Below are positions 1-9,907 of a DNA stretch of 35,488 bases, piece after piece; position 1 is the first letter of the stretch, and each line of letters begins with the position of its first letter. The stretch is from Anaerolineae bacterium (lineage in GTDB: Bacteria > Chloroflexota > Anaerolineae > Epilineales > Epilineaceae). Position numbers and translations under genes: made by a program. The notes under the pieces are model-generated. The model was not told the origin of the DNA, made no database searches, and saw nothing but the letters and a program-made list of their open reading frames with translations. Location: NCBI GenBank assembly GCA_029262755.1, contig JAJCYU010000010.1, positions 1 through 35,488 on the forward strand, given 5' to 3'.

Positions 1-2
1 AG

Positions 3-1511
3 GACGCGCTTTTCCAGGTGGTACTTGAGGACGGAGGCACGCGGATCGTGCCCAACACCGGCGATGTCGTGCGCGTCCAGCCGGTCGGGGCGGGATCGGC
101 AATGCAACTTACCGTTCCCGTGCTCGACGTGAACCTGGACAAGGAGACCGACGTGATTGCCGGTCGGACGGAGCCGGGCGGCCACCTCGAGATTCGTGTC
201 GTAGATATGTTCCGTGACCAGGGCAACGGGAACGGACCGCAGAACAACGACGAACCGGAGATCGCCGCCGACGGCACCTGGACGGCGCAGTTCCAGGTCG
301 GCGGTGGTGGTGGCGGTGGTGGCCAAGGCAACGGACAAGGCCCGACCCAAGGCAACCGGGACGTCGTTCCGGGAACCCGCGTCACGGCCGATTACCGCGT
401 GCCGATCGGTCACATCGTGCGCCGCCAACGCTTCGAGCCCCTGCTGAACGTACAGGCGGGCGGCGCGGATGTTTGCGGTTTCGTCGGTGAGCCCCGTCAG
501 GCCGTCTCGGCGGAGCTCGAGGCATCGGGCAGCATCGCTGCGCGGGCCAACGGCATCGCCGGCTACAACTCGGCCTTCGACCTCCGTCTGCAGCGCGATG
601 GCGAGTCGGTGCTCAACAGCCCGTCGAACATCGTGCGCGCGATGTTGGGAGGCGTGTCCGCCCAGGTGGAGATCCCCGACGTTAGCGTGAACGTGAATTG
701 GAACAACGGCAGCATCCAGGGGACGGGCCCGGCCGGAACGCTTGGACAGGTGCTTTGGCCCGCGCGCGACTGCCTGGATCCGCAGCGCAATGCGCGCAAC
801 TTCCAGGTCAACCAGCAGGGGAACTTCCAGAGCGGAATTCAAGGCGGCCTGCGTCAGCCGGGCGATGGCTTCGAGATCGCGTTCTTCACCGCAGACGGAC
901 ACCGCCACTACCGCCACATCTACCGCTCGCTCGCGCAGATCTACGTACGCACCGACCACGTCGTCGGCCGCGCGATCTCCGGGCAGCCGGTAGCAATCAC
1001 GGTACTGGATGCTGCGGGTGCGGAGAAGGGCTCTGCGCAGACGATCGCGAGCACGGACGGTCGCTTCGGTGTCGACGTGAAGAACAGTGGCGCCAAGACG
1101 ACCATCGTTCCGGGCGACACGGTGCGGCTGGTTGCCAGCGGCGAGACGGTAGAGATTGCGGTCGAGGAGCTCACCTTCGACTGGAGTCCCGGCAACGATG
1201 TGGCCGGGCAAGCGGAGCCGGGTCGCGACGTCGAGCTCGTCATGCAGCTCACCGACGGACGGATCATCGACGTCGATCTCCAAGCCGGTTCGGACGGCCG
1301 ACTCCGTTACGGAGCGGCGGATGTTCCACCGCGGGCGACCTGGTCGATGAACGACGTCGTCGGCGTTCGACTCATCGTCACGCTCGACAACGAACACCAG
1401 ATCTTGGCCGAAGCGGGAGACGTGAGCAGCATCCCGCTGGATCCGCCGGTGGACACGCAGGAACCGACCACCGGAGCGGCAACGATCTTCATGCCGTATT
1501 CTCGCAGGTAG
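3..1511 (+). CDS. Large exported repeat protein (Ig-like/carboxypeptidase-regulatory-like beta-sandwich repeats), 5'-truncated by the window edge; paralog of the downstream gene
   Basis: Frame is open from position 3 (DALFQVVLEDGGTRIVPNTGD...) and aligns by eye with the C-terminal ~500 aa of 1799-5590 (shared DKETD..GRTEPGGHLE, GLRQPGDGFEIAFFT.DGHR, DVPPRATWSM.DVVGVR). Ends TIFMPYSRR. Confidence 0.85.
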   Translation, partial: DALFQVVLEDGGTRIVPNTGDVVRVQPVGAGSAMQLTVPVLDVNLDKETDVIAGRTEPGGHLEIRVVDMFRDQGNGNGPQNNDEPEIAADGTWTAQFQVGGGGGGGGQGNGQGPTQGNRDVVPGTRVTADYRVPIGHIVRRQRFEPLLNVQAGGADVCGFVGEPRQAVSAELEASGSIAARANGIAGYNSAFDLRLQRDGESVLNSPSNIVRAMLGGVSAQVEIPDVSVNVNWNNGSIQGTGPAGTLGQVLWPARDCLDPQRNARNFQVNQQGNFQSGIQGGLRQPGDGFEIAFFTADGHRHYRHIYRSLAQIYVRTDHVVGRAISGQPVAITVLDAAGAEKGSAQTIASTDGRFGVDVKNSGAKTTIVPGDTVRLVASGETVEIAVEELTFDWSPGNDVAGQAEPGRDVELVMQLTDGRIIDVDLQAGSDGRLRYGAADVPPRATWSMNDVVGVRLIVTLDNEHQILAEAGDVSSIPLDPPVDTQEPTTGAATIFMPYSRR

Positions 1512-1547
1512 CCTCGCGGCCGAAACGGTGTTGTAGACGGCGAAGAG

Positions 1548-1578
1548 GAGGGGGCTGGGCATTGCGTCCAGCCCCCTC
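1548..1578 (+). terminator. Stem-loop downstream of the first surface-protein gene
   Basis: GAGGGGGCTGG(GC)-ATTGC-(GT)CCAGCCCCCTC: 11 perfect pairs plus 2. There is no U-tract, so it may be a stabilising hairpin rather than an intrinsic terminator. Confidence 0.55.
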
Positions 1579-1798
1579 ACCGCCGCAGAGTTAGGGTGTG
1601 TTGGGGGGATTTGCACGGGATTGGGGTACTCATTGGACGTTTGCGCGCCACGCGGCGCGCATTCGTACGTGTATGCCGATTCCGCGCAGCTTGCAGCAAT
1701 TCTTGGACGGTACCCGCAGCGCCGGCCGCCCCGCGCCGGTTCGCGGTCTGGATTACCCCACAATCGGATCGACAACCAACGAGGTGGAGGTCAGCGCA

Positions 1799-4700
1799 AT
1801 GTCATACTTTCGCAGAGTGAAGTACCTGGTACTCGGGAGTGTCGCGATCTTGGTGATCGCGGCCGCCGCGCAATCGGCGATTTTCGCCCAGGATGAGCCT
1901 GAACAGGCCATGAACGTTGAGGCGGCCATGTGGAGCGACACAGTGGTGTGGCATACCACGCCTTCGACCGTCGTCCGCGTGGAGATGCGGGAGGGTGACA
2001 CCGTTCGAGGACGGAGCCCACAGCGCGTTTCCGACGATACCGGGCGTGTCGAGATGCCGCTGCGACCTGCCTTCGGCGGCGGCGGTCCGGGCGGCCCGGG
2101 AGGGCCGGGCGGCGGTGGCTTCGGCCCCGTCGGCGTGACACCGGGCCTCGACCTGGTCCTGATGCCGGAGGGTGCGGACGAGGTCAAGGTCACCATTCCC
2201 AATCTGGCGGCGGGAATCGACATTGCCAACGACACGGTCATCGGTACCGCCCCGGCCGGCGGCCAGCTGCTTGTCCAACTGATTGAGGGCCCCGGCGTGA
2301 CGAGTCCGGTCACCCAGACCGCGATGGCCGGTGGCGATGGCAGCTACTCGGTCGATCTCTCCGGCTTGGCGGATGCCCAGCCCGGGCATGCGGGTGGCGT
2401 CTCCTGGACCGACGAATTCGACAATACCTTTCACGCGTTCTTCGCAGCGCTCACCGTCGACGTGACCATCGGTACCCGTCAGGTTTCCGGCATCGCATCG
2501 CCGGGCGACACGGTCGCCATTTCGTTGGCAGCCGAGGACGGCACGGCCAAGGGAAGTTCAAGCACCCAGTTGATCGGCGACTACGAGTATGCGTTGCCGC
2601 AGGGCTTCCAGGGCCAGCAGCAATTCGGCCCGGTCTCGGTCGGGGATGAGATCAGCGTAACCCAAGTCAGCGCGATCCCCGGCGCAACGCTCACGGTCTC
2701 CGGGCGCATCGACGCGATCATGATCGACAACGTCTCTCCGCCGGATCGCCTGGTTCAGGGCACAGCCGCTGCAGGCGCGAGCGTAGAGGTTGAGGCCTTC
2801 TCACCCTTCGACGGCGCCGTCTTCTCGGCATCGACGGTCGCGGACGACAGCGGTATGTTCCTTGTCGAGCTCCCCGGGGCCAACGGCATGGGCCCGGGAT
2901 GGCGCCTACGCGCGACCCACCACGTGGCGCCGGGTCTGCGCGTGCGCGCCGTGGAATCCATCGAGCAAGTCCGCGTCGGCGTCCACCAGCAGGTCGTGCA
3001 GGGTGTCGCCGATCCCGGCTCGACGATCACGGTGACCTTGCGAGCACAGGACGGCACGGAGAAGGCCGTCGATTCCGACAACGTCGGCAACAACGGCAAC
3101 TTCGGCGTGGCCTTCACGGGTCCGAACGGTCTCCAGATAGGCGATCGTGTCGAGGTGGCCTTCGTGGCCGGCGACCCGGTCATCGTCAACGTGGAGGCCA
3201 TTTCGGCTCGCACGAACCACCAGGCGGATCGCATCACGGGTGAGGCGCCCAATGGTGCACAGGTGATCCTGACCCAAGGCAATGGCGGCAACCAGGTGCA
3301 GGTCACCGCTCCGGTCAAGATCGATGGCTCCTACGAGGCGACCTTCAGCGGCGTCCGCGATATCGAGCCGCCGATGAACGGTCAGATGGTCGCACGCCTA
3401 CTCTCCGGCCACGAGCTCTTCACGACGTGGGCCGCGGTCCGCATGACCACCGAGCTCGGCGACGCGTTCCTGTCGGGGAACGGGCCTCCCAACCGAGACG
3501 TTGCCGTTCAACTCGTGGATGCGGATGGCACGACGGTTGTCGCGAGCGGAACGGACAGCGTAGGCGGCGGTGGCGGCGGCGGCTTCGGTCCCGGCGGCGG
3601 CTTTGGTGGCGGTGGCGGCGGCGGCAACTGGTTCATCCAGTTTGCCGACGATGCCGGTGACCCCGTTGACGTGCGCGCTTTCGATATCATCCGCGCGACG
3701 GTCGGTGATGATGTGTTCGATATCACCGTGCCGCAGCTACGCGGCGTTGCGTTCGTGCAGGACGATCTGATCAACGGCGAAACCACCGGTGCGCGCGACG
3801 TGGATGTCTCCATCTTCCGCCCGCTGCTCTCCGATACCGCGGAGATGACCGTGACGTCCGACGATACGGGCTCCTTCGCGGCGGACTTCGCCGAGAACTT
3901 CGACCTCCAATACAACGATGTGCTCACCTTCTCGACGCGCGAGCAAGACCACAACATCAACAGCCAGAACTTCGTTCCGGGCCTGCGCCTCAATTTGGAC
4001 AGTGGCGAGTTGGCCGGTTCTTGGCGCCCGAACCAGCAGGTGATCGTGCAATTGCGCGACCCGGCCGGCGGCAGCCGTTTCCAGACCATCACCACGACGG
4101 ATGCCGAGGCGGTATTCAACGTCACCTTTGAGGAGAACGGCCGGCGCTTGCTGCCCAATGAGGGCGACATGGTGCGCATGCAGCCGGTCGGCGCAGGCGA
4201 AGCGCTCGAGCTGATCATTCCGGAACTTGAGGTCAACATGGACAAGGAAACCGACGCCGTGAGTGGCCGAACGGAGCCGGGTGGCCACTTGGAGCTGTTC
4301 ATCACAAACCTGTATCAGCGCGCGCCCCAGGGCGGCGGTGGTCCCGGCGGTGGTGGCGGCGGCGGCGGTTTCGCCAACCTCGAGCCGGAGATCAACCCCG
4401 ATGGAACGTGGACGGCCGTCTTCGAGAACCCCTACGACGTGATCCCGGGCACCTCGATCACGACGGCCTATCGGGTTCCGGTCGGGCATATCGTGTTCCA
4501 GCAGCGCTTCGAGCCGATGCTGAACGTTCAGCTCGGCGGCGCGAATGCCTGTGGTGTCGTCCACGAGCCGCGCGCCGCAGCGTCGGCCGCGCTTTCGAGT
4601 GCCGGCTCCGTGCTTGCATCGGCATCGGGCAACGCGGGCTTCAATTCCCAGTTCAGCTTTCTGATGCGCAACACGGCAGGCGAGGCCGCCCTCAGCGTCG

Positions 4701-5590
4701 CCGGCCAGACCGTGAACGGTGTTATGGGCGATGAGAACGCCGCGATCACGCTGCCGGACTTTACGATCAACGTGAACTGGCAGACCGGGCAGATGCAGGG
4801 TACCGGGCCGGCCGGCGCCATCGGCACGATCAAGTGGCCGGCGGGTGATTGCTTGAACCCCGGCGGTCCGACGCGCTTCTTCCAGGTCAACCAGCAGGGT
4901 ACGTTCCAGACCTTTATTCAGGGTGGCCTACGCCAGCCGGGCGACGGCTTCGAGATCGCCTTCTTCACCGACGACGGACACCGGGTCTACCGGCAGATCT
5001 TCCGCTCGCTTGGCCAGGTATACGTACACACCAACCACGTCGTTGGGCGCGCGATCGCCGGGCAGCCGGTGGTGGTTACCGTGGTCGATGGTGCGGGCGC
5101 AACGAAGGGTACCGCGACGACCGTCGCCAACACGGACGGCCGTTTCGGCGTCCGCGTGATGACGGGGGGCGGTGCGGCCGTGACGATCCTGCCCGGTGAT
5201 ACCGTGCGGATCGAGGCCAGCGGCGAGACGGCGGAGGTACCGGTCGAGGAGCTGAACTTCGACTGGAGCCCCGGCAACGACATCGCCGGGCAGGCCGATC
5301 CCAACCAGGACGTCGAGATCGTGATGCAGCTCGACGACGGCCGCATCATCGATGTGGATCGCACGGCTGGTAGCGATGGTCGCGTGCGCTACGGTGCGAG
5401 CGATGTCCCGCCCCGCGCGACGTGGTCGATGGCCGACGTGGTGGGCGTGCGTATGATCATCACGCTCAACAGCCAGCACCAGATTTTGGCGGAGGCGGGC
5501 GACGTGTCGTCCATCTCCTTGGATCCCCCGGTAGACATCGAGGATCCGGCGGAGGACGGCACCATCTACATGCCGTACGCTACGCGCTAG
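1799..5590 (+). CDS. Large exported surface protein (~1263 aa) with repeated beta-sandwich modules and glycine-rich loops
   Basis: ATG at 1799 after GGAGG (1786-1790). N-terminus MSYFRRVKYLVLGSVAILVIAAAAQSAIFAQ looks like a Sec signal peptide. Recurrent 'V.G.A.PG..V.V' modules. Ends TIYMPYATR. Confidence 0.85.
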   Translation: MSYFRRVKYLVLGSVAILVIAAAAQSAIFAQDEPEQAMNVEAAMWSDTVVWHTTPSTVVRVEMREGDTVRGRSPQRVSDDTGRVEMPLRPAFGGGGPGGPGGPGGGGFGPVGVTPGLDLVLMPEGADEVKVTIPNLAAGIDIANDTVIGTAPAGGQLLVQLIEGPGVTSPVTQTAMAGGDGSYSVDLSGLADAQPGHAGGVSWTDEFDNTFHAFFAALTVDVTIGTRQVSGIASPGDTVAISLAAEDGTAKGSSSTQLIGDYEYALPQGFQGQQQFGPVSVGDEISVTQVSAIPGATLTVSGRIDAIMIDNVSPPDRLVQGTAAAGASVEVEAFSPFDGAVFSASTVADDSGMFLVELPGANGMGPGWRLRATHHVAPGLRVRAVESIEQVRVGVHQQVVQGVADPGSTITVTLRAQDGTEKAVDSDNVGNNGNFGVAFTGPNGLQIGDRVEVAFVAGDPVIVNVEAISARTNHQADRITGEAPNGAQVILTQGNGGNQVQVTAPVKIDGSYEATFSGVRDIEPPMNGQMVARLLSGHELFTTWAAVRMTTELGDAFLSGNGPPNRDVAVQLVDADGTTVVASGTDSVGGGGGGGFGPGGGFGGGGGGGNWFIQFADDAGDPVDVRAFDIIRATVGDDVFDITVPQLRGVAFVQDDLINGETTGARDVDVSIFRPLLSDTAEMTVTSDDTGSFAADFAENFDLQYNDVLTFSTREQDHNINSQNFVPGLRLNLDSGELAGSWRPNQQVIVQLRDPAGGSRFQTITTTDAEAVFNVTFEENGRRLLPNEGDMVRMQPVGAGEALELIIPELEVNMDKETDAVSGRTEPGGHLELFITNLYQRAPQGGGGPGGGGGGGGFANLEPEINPDGTWTAVFENPYDVIPGTSITTAYRVPVGHIVFQQRFEPMLNVQLGGANACGVVHEPRAAASAALSSAGSVLASASGNAGFNSQFSFLMRNTAGEAALSVAGQTVNGVMGDENAAITLPDFTINVNWQTGQMQGTGPAGAIGTIKWPAGDCLNPGGPTRFFQVNQQGTFQTFIQGGLRQPGDGFEIAFFTDDGHRVYRQIFRSLGQVYVHTNHVVGRAIAGQPVVVTVVDGAGATKGTATTVANTDGRFGVRVMTGGGAAVTILPGDTVRIEASGETAEVPVEELNFDWSPGNDIAGQADPNQDVEIVMQLDDGRIIDVDRTAGSDGRVRYGASDVPPRATWSMADVVGVRMIITLNSQHQILAEAGDVSSISLDPPVDIEDPAEDGTIYMPYATR

Positions 5591-5619
5591 GCGCGCAGGC
5601 GTAGCCGCAGGTTGAACAG

Positions 5620-5652
5620 ACGAGGGGCCGGGCGATTCGCCCGGCCCCTCGT
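5620..5652. terminator. Perfect inverted repeat between convergent genes (probable bidirectional terminator)
   Basis: ACGAGGGGCCGGGCGA-T-TCGCCCGGCCCCTCGT, located between the stop of 1799-5590 and the stop of gdhA. Confidence 0.75.
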
Positions 5653-5707
5653 ACGATTGGTTGACGAGCCCTTCGGGCTGCCGCAAACGCTCCGGCGAAG
5701 CGTTTGC

Positions 5708-7123
5708 CTACGGGAAGATCCCGAGCTCCTCGTAACAGCGTACGATCTTGTTGATCGCGCTGATGAAGGCGGCCGTGCGCAGGTTGGGACAGCCGTCGTT
5801 CGTCAGATAGATGTTGCGGATCTGCTGGTAGGAGTCGACCATGATGTCTTCGAGGCCGCTCTCGACTAGGTCCTCTTCCGTGGCGCCATGGGCGAGCAAA
5901 TCGGCCTCTTGCTCGGTGAAACGACGCGACCCGCCCGACTCGATCGCCTGCAGCAGCCCACGGTAGGCGCGCTCCTCGAAGCGCTTTTCCAAGCGGCCGA
6001 AGCGTACGTGCGACAGGTTTTTCAGCCACTCAAAGTACGAGACGACCACACCGCCGGCGTTCAAGTAGGCATCCGGGATCACAAGCTTGCCGGCGGCATC
6101 CAGGATCTGGCTGCCGTCGAAGGTGGTGGGCCCGTTCGCGGCTTCGGCGATGATGCGCGCCTTGATCCGAGGTGCGTTCTCGGCCGTGATCTGATTCTCG
6201 AGCGCAGCGGGAACGAGCACGTCGCATTCCAGCTCCAGCGCATCGAGGCTGTTGGCGATAAAGGTCGCGTTCGGGAAACCGGTGATCGATCCGGTGGCCT
6301 CGCGATGGGCGATCAGCGCAGGAATGTCGAGGCCGTCCTCGTTGTGGATTGCACCGTCCCATTCGGCGATGGCGACGATCTTCGCTCCCGCCTCATGCAG
6401 GAAGCGCGCGGCGTAGGATCCGACGTTGCCGAATCCTTGGATCACCACGGTCTTGCCGACGACCCCAGGCTCCAATCCGAGCTTGGCCATGTCGTCCGCA
6501 TACGAGCATGCCTCTCGAATCCCGTAGAAGACGCCGCGCCCCGTGGCCTCGGTTCGGCCGCGAATGCCGCCCTGCGCGATGGGCTTGCCTGTCACACAGC
6601 CGAGCGCGTCCACCATGCCGGAATTCATCGCCATAAACGTGTCCGCGATCCAGGACATCTCCGCTGCGCCCGTGCCGTAATCCGGAGCTGGGACGTCGAT
6701 GCCCGGGCCGATGAAGTTCTTTTTCGCGAGCTCGAAGGTGTAGCGGCGCGTGATGCGCTCCAACTCCGCTTGGGAGTAGTTGGCGCGGTTGATCTTGATA
6801 CCACCCTTGGCTCCGCCAAAAGGGACGTCGACGATCGCGCACTTGTAGGTCATCAAGGCCGAGAGGGCCATGACCTCGTCCTGGTTGACGCCTATGCTGT
6901 AGCGGATCCCGCCCTTGGTTGGCTGCTTGTGGTGGCTGTGTTCGGCCCGCCACGCTTCGATGATCTCGATCGAACCATCATCACGCTTCAGCGGAAAGAT
7001 CATCTTGTACACGCCGTTGCAGCGTTGGATGACCTCGAGCAGCAGGTCATTGTGATCGGTCAAGGCCGCGGCCGTATCGAAGTACCGGTTGACCTGTTCA
7101 GAGAAGCTGATGGACTGCGCCAT
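5708..7123 (-). CDS. gdhA: Glutamate dehydrogenase (Glu/Leu/Phe/Val dehydrogenase family)
   Basis: Motifs [48 protein letters not shown] (Rossmann), [20 protein letters not shown]. Start taken at MAQSISF (7123). Confidence 0.93.
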   Translation of the reverse strand: MAQSISFSEQVNRYFDTAAALTDHNDLLLEVIQRCNGVYKMIFPLKRDDGSIEIIEAWRAEHSHHKQPTKGGIRYSIGVNQDEVMALSALMTYKCAIVDVPFGGAKGGIKINRANYSQAELERITRRYTFELAKKNFIGPGIDVPAPDYGTGAAEMSWIADTFMAMNSGMVDALGCVTGKPIAQGGIRGRTEATGRGVFYGIREACSYADDMAKLGLEPGVVGKTVVIQGFGNVGSYAARFLHEAGAKIVAIAEWDGAIHNEDGLDIPALIAHREATGSITGFPNATFIANSLDALELECDVLVPAALENQITAENAPRIKARIIAEAANGPTTFDGSQILDAAGKLVIPDAYLNAGGVVVSYFEWLKNLSHVRFGRLEKRFEERAYRGLLQAIESGGSRRFTEQEADLLAHGATEEDLVESGLEDIMVDSYQQIRNIYLTNDGCPNLRTAAFISAINKIVRCYEELGIFP

Positions 7124-7317
7124 CGTGCGGCTCCATGGGCGTTTTCGAGAAAGGGATTGGTGCCGCGGGATGCTAACACCTGCCAACGGCTACCGCCAAG
7201 CACGCGTGGTCCTACCACAGCAACGGAGCCCGAGCATCACGTGCTCGGGCTCCATACAGCTACTTGGTACCGTCTGCGAGCCATCGGACAAGGTGCCGCG
7301 CCCCGCCTTTCTTCGCG

Positions 7318-8136
7318 CTAGCGCTGGCCGGCCAGATCGATGGCGATCACGACTTCGTCGCGGACCAGATCGTCCGGCTTACCCTCGTACGCCATGTTCC
7401 ACCGTTGACGGTCGACCGAGAACGTTGCCGTGCCCGCTACGGAAGCGTCATCCACCGTAACAACGGCAGGGAACGTGATCTCGTGCGAGATGCCCGCGAT
7501 CGTCAGGTCGCCCGTAATGGTGTGCGTTGCGTCGCCCTCGCCGCCTTCGACGATGTTCGAGGAAACGAAGGTCGCCTGCGGATACGCTTCCGCGTTGAAG
7601 AACTCGTCCGAGCGCATATGGGTCTCGAACCGTTCCGTAAACGAATTGCGCGAGTCAGCATCGCAGAAGAGCGAGGCCGCCTCGACCGCAAACGAAAGCG
7701 TGGCGGTATCGGCTGTACCCGCGCCGGGAGCGATACCGCCGGTCCACTCTTGGAACACGCACGTGTGTGAGCCGGTGACCTTGCTGCCCGTGAACGAAAT
7801 CTCACCGCTAAGATCGATTACCTCGCCGGACATCGGCTGGCCCATGTCGGCCTCTACGTCGCCTTCCATGGCGCCGTCGTCCTCAGCAGCCTCGGCAGCG
7901 TCCTCTTCGCCCATCGTACCGCCGTGGGCCTCGTCCACACCGTCTTCGTCCTGCGGCTGCGCCATCGACTCCGCCGGGGCGTTCACGTTGTCGATCGGAT
8001 CACTCATCGTTGCGGAGGGGACGTCATCGGCTGGATTCGCGGCGCAGGCCGTCGAGGTCATGAGGAGTGCGGCGAGCAGCGCGCCGAGCAAGAGGCTCGT
8101 TCGTCGCGAACTCGAAGGGGTCGCTTGTGCTGTCAT
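7318..8136 (-). CDS. YceI-family (polyisoprenoid-binding) lipoprotein with an acidic N-terminal linker
   Basis: C-terminal domain ISFTGSKVTGSH...HMRSDEFFNAEAYPQATF...ITGDLTIAGISHEITF...FSVDRQRWNM is typical of YceI. Hydrophobic stretch plus TSTAC lipobox-like motif. GGAG RBS upstream of ATG 8136. Confidence 0.85.
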   Translation of the reverse strand: MTAQATPSSSRRTSLLLGALLAALLMTSTACAANPADDVPSATMSDPIDNVNAPAESMAQPQDEDGVDEAHGGTMGEEDAAEAAEDDGAMEGDVEADMGQPMSGEVIDLSGEISFTGSKVTGSHTCVFQEWTGGIAPGAGTADTATLSFAVEAASLFCDADSRNSFTERFETHMRSDEFFNAEAYPQATFVSSNIVEGGEGDATHTITGDLTIAGISHEITFPAVVTVDDASVAGTATFSVDRQRWNMAYEGKPDDLVRDEVVIAIDLAGQR

Positions 8137-8302
8137 GTGCAAAGCTCCTGAAGTTTGGACGGGGTGCGCGGCGCAGCCGTCACGATATGATCCGGGGGAG
8201 GATGCCGGTCGAATGTGAGGGGAAGGTGTGAAAACGGTCATCCGGTTGTAATGTCGCACGGGCGGTCGCTTGGGGACGCGGCCTCCCCTACAATCCTCGA
8301 CC

Positions 8303-8896
8303 ATGAATGCACGAACCCTTGACGGCCTGACCGTCCTCGCGACCGACCTGCCCGATGTTCTCATCCTGGAACCGCGTGTCTTTGGCGATGCGCGGGGCTA
8401 CTTCCTCGAGACCTATCGCGCTCCGCGCTACGCTGAGGCGGGGCTGCCGGGGCCTTTCGTCCAGGACAATCTCTCTCGCTCTACGCGTGGTGTGCTGCGC
8501 GGACTGCACCTTCAGAATCCGCGCCCGCAAGGCAAGCTCGTCTCGGTCGTTGCCGGCGCAGTCTGGGATGTGGCGGTCGATTTGCGTGCCGGGTCGCCGC
8601 ATTTCGGACGCTGGGCGGGGGTTGAGCTTACGGCGGAAAACCATAGGCAGTTCTGGGTGCCGCCAGGCTTCGGCCACGGCTTTGTCGTCGTGAGCGACGA
8701 CGCCGTGTTCAGCTACAAGTGCACGGACATCTACGATCAAGCCGCCGAGATCGGCGTTCGGTGGGACGACCCGGACCTCGCGATCGATTGGCCGTTGGAC
8801 GCGGCCGATGTCCAGGTGTCCGACAAGGACGGATCGTTGCCATGGTTGCGCGACATCCCCCGCGATCGCCTCGTGCCGTATGTCCCACAAGGCTGA
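8303..8896 (+). CDS. rfbC: dTDP-4-dehydrorhamnose 3,5-epimerase
   Basis: Motifs FGDARGYFLE, FVQDNLSRS..GVLRGLH, QGKLV, DVAVDLR.GSP.FGRW, VPPGFGHGF, YKC, RWDDPDLAIDWP. Confidence 0.95.
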   Translation: MNARTLDGLTVLATDLPDVLILEPRVFGDARGYFLETYRAPRYAEAGLPGPFVQDNLSRSTRGVLRGLHLQNPRPQGKLVSVVAGAVWDVAVDLRAGSPHFGRWAGVELTAENHRQFWVPPGFGHGFVVVSDDAVFSYKCTDIYDQAAEIGVRWDDPDLAIDWPLDAADVQVSDKDGSLPWLRDIPRDRLVPYVPQG

Positions 8897-9857
8897 GGCC
8901 GACGCAACGGAGTCGATCGCGCCGCAGAAGCGCGCTGCGACCGCCTCCCTGGACCGCGCGCGCGTCATTCTCGAGTGCACGCCGCCACTGGTGCGTCACC
9001 GGGAGAAGGCGCTTGCGATCCTTGAGCACGCACTGCGTGGCTACACGCGCTACGACGCCCTGAGCGTGCCCGATATTCAGGATGGTGGTGAGTTCGGTCG
9101 CACCGTACAACGCGTCGGCAATCTCGAATTCGGGCGATGGCTCCAGGATCGCGTCCAGAAGCCGCTTTGCCTCTACAAAGTAGCCGTAGCCTCCGACGCG
9201 GCCGGCATGGATGCGTGGCTGTCGGAGGCGGCGACGATGGGTGTATCCGATGTGGTGCTCGTGGGCGGCGACTCCAGCGCGAAAGACCTGCCGGAAGGCC
9301 ATTTGGCGGTGGGACCCGCATCCAAGATTGCGCGGCGTGCCGGATTCCGTTGCGGTGGGGTGATCATTCCCACGCGGAGACGCGAATTCGCCAGCCGTCC
9401 CGCCAGTCGCGACGAGCTGCCGCGCCTGCAGGACAAGATTCACAATTGGGGCGTTAGCTTCTTCACCACCCAACTGCTCTACGAAGGCGAGTGGATGAGC
9501 TGCCTTCTGCTGGACATGGCGCGCCAACTACCGAAGGAAGACTTCCCGAAGATATTTCTGACCTTCTCCCCCTTCGTGTGCGAGGAGGACCTCGACTTCG
9601 CGATGCGCGCCCTCGGCGTCTACGTGCCGAGCGATGTCGAGCGCACACTGCGCGGAGCGCGCAACATGGCGGAAGCGTCGATCGCCCAGCTGACGTTGGT
9701 CTGGGAACGCCTCTCGACCTTCGCCGGCGAGATCGGAATTCCCGCTGACCGATTGGGCGTCAACGTCGAGTACCTCAACACGCGCAACCCGCGCAACGTA
9801 CGGGTGGCCTTCGAGTTGGCCGAGGAATTCGGTCGCTTGATGGGCGTCAAGGCGTAG
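8880..9857 (+). CDS. Methylenetetrahydrofolate reductase-like TIM-barrel protein (resembles the mycobacterial-type, flavin-independent MTHFR)
   Basis: N-terminal LECTPP, VVLVGG, GGVIIPTR, E..RL..K...G..FFTTQLLY and IFLTF match the pattern I recall for MTHFR-fold proteins. ATG 8880 overlaps the end of rfbC. Confidence 0.65.
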   Translation: MSHKAEADATESIAPQKRAATASLDRARVILECTPPLVRHREKALAILEHALRGYTRYDALSVPDIQDGGEFGRTVQRVGNLEFGRWLQDRVQKPLCLYKVAVASDAAGMDAWLSEAATMGVSDVVLVGGDSSAKDLPEGHLAVGPASKIARRAGFRCGGVIIPTRRREFASRPASRDELPRLQDKIHNWGVSFFTTQLLYEGEWMSCLLLDMARQLPKEDFPKIFLTFSPFVCEEDLDFAMRALGVYVPSDVERTLRGARNMAEASIAQLTLVWERLSTFAGEIGIPADRLGVNVEYLNTRNPRNVRVAFELAEEFGRLMGVKA

Positions 9858-9907
9858 TACGACCGAGCGCACCAGAACGGGCCCCTTCCGATACCCGGCG
9901 GCACAAC

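Noticed and set aside
1598..1798. Upstream TTG start for the 1330-aa ORF
   Set aside because: ATG 1799 has a GGAGG RBS and gives a canonical signal peptide; the extension looks non-coding.
5888..7321. 477-aa ORF antisense to gdhA
   Set aside because: Antisense shadow expected from high-GC codon bias; no recognisable motif, and the minus-strand gdhA is unambiguous.
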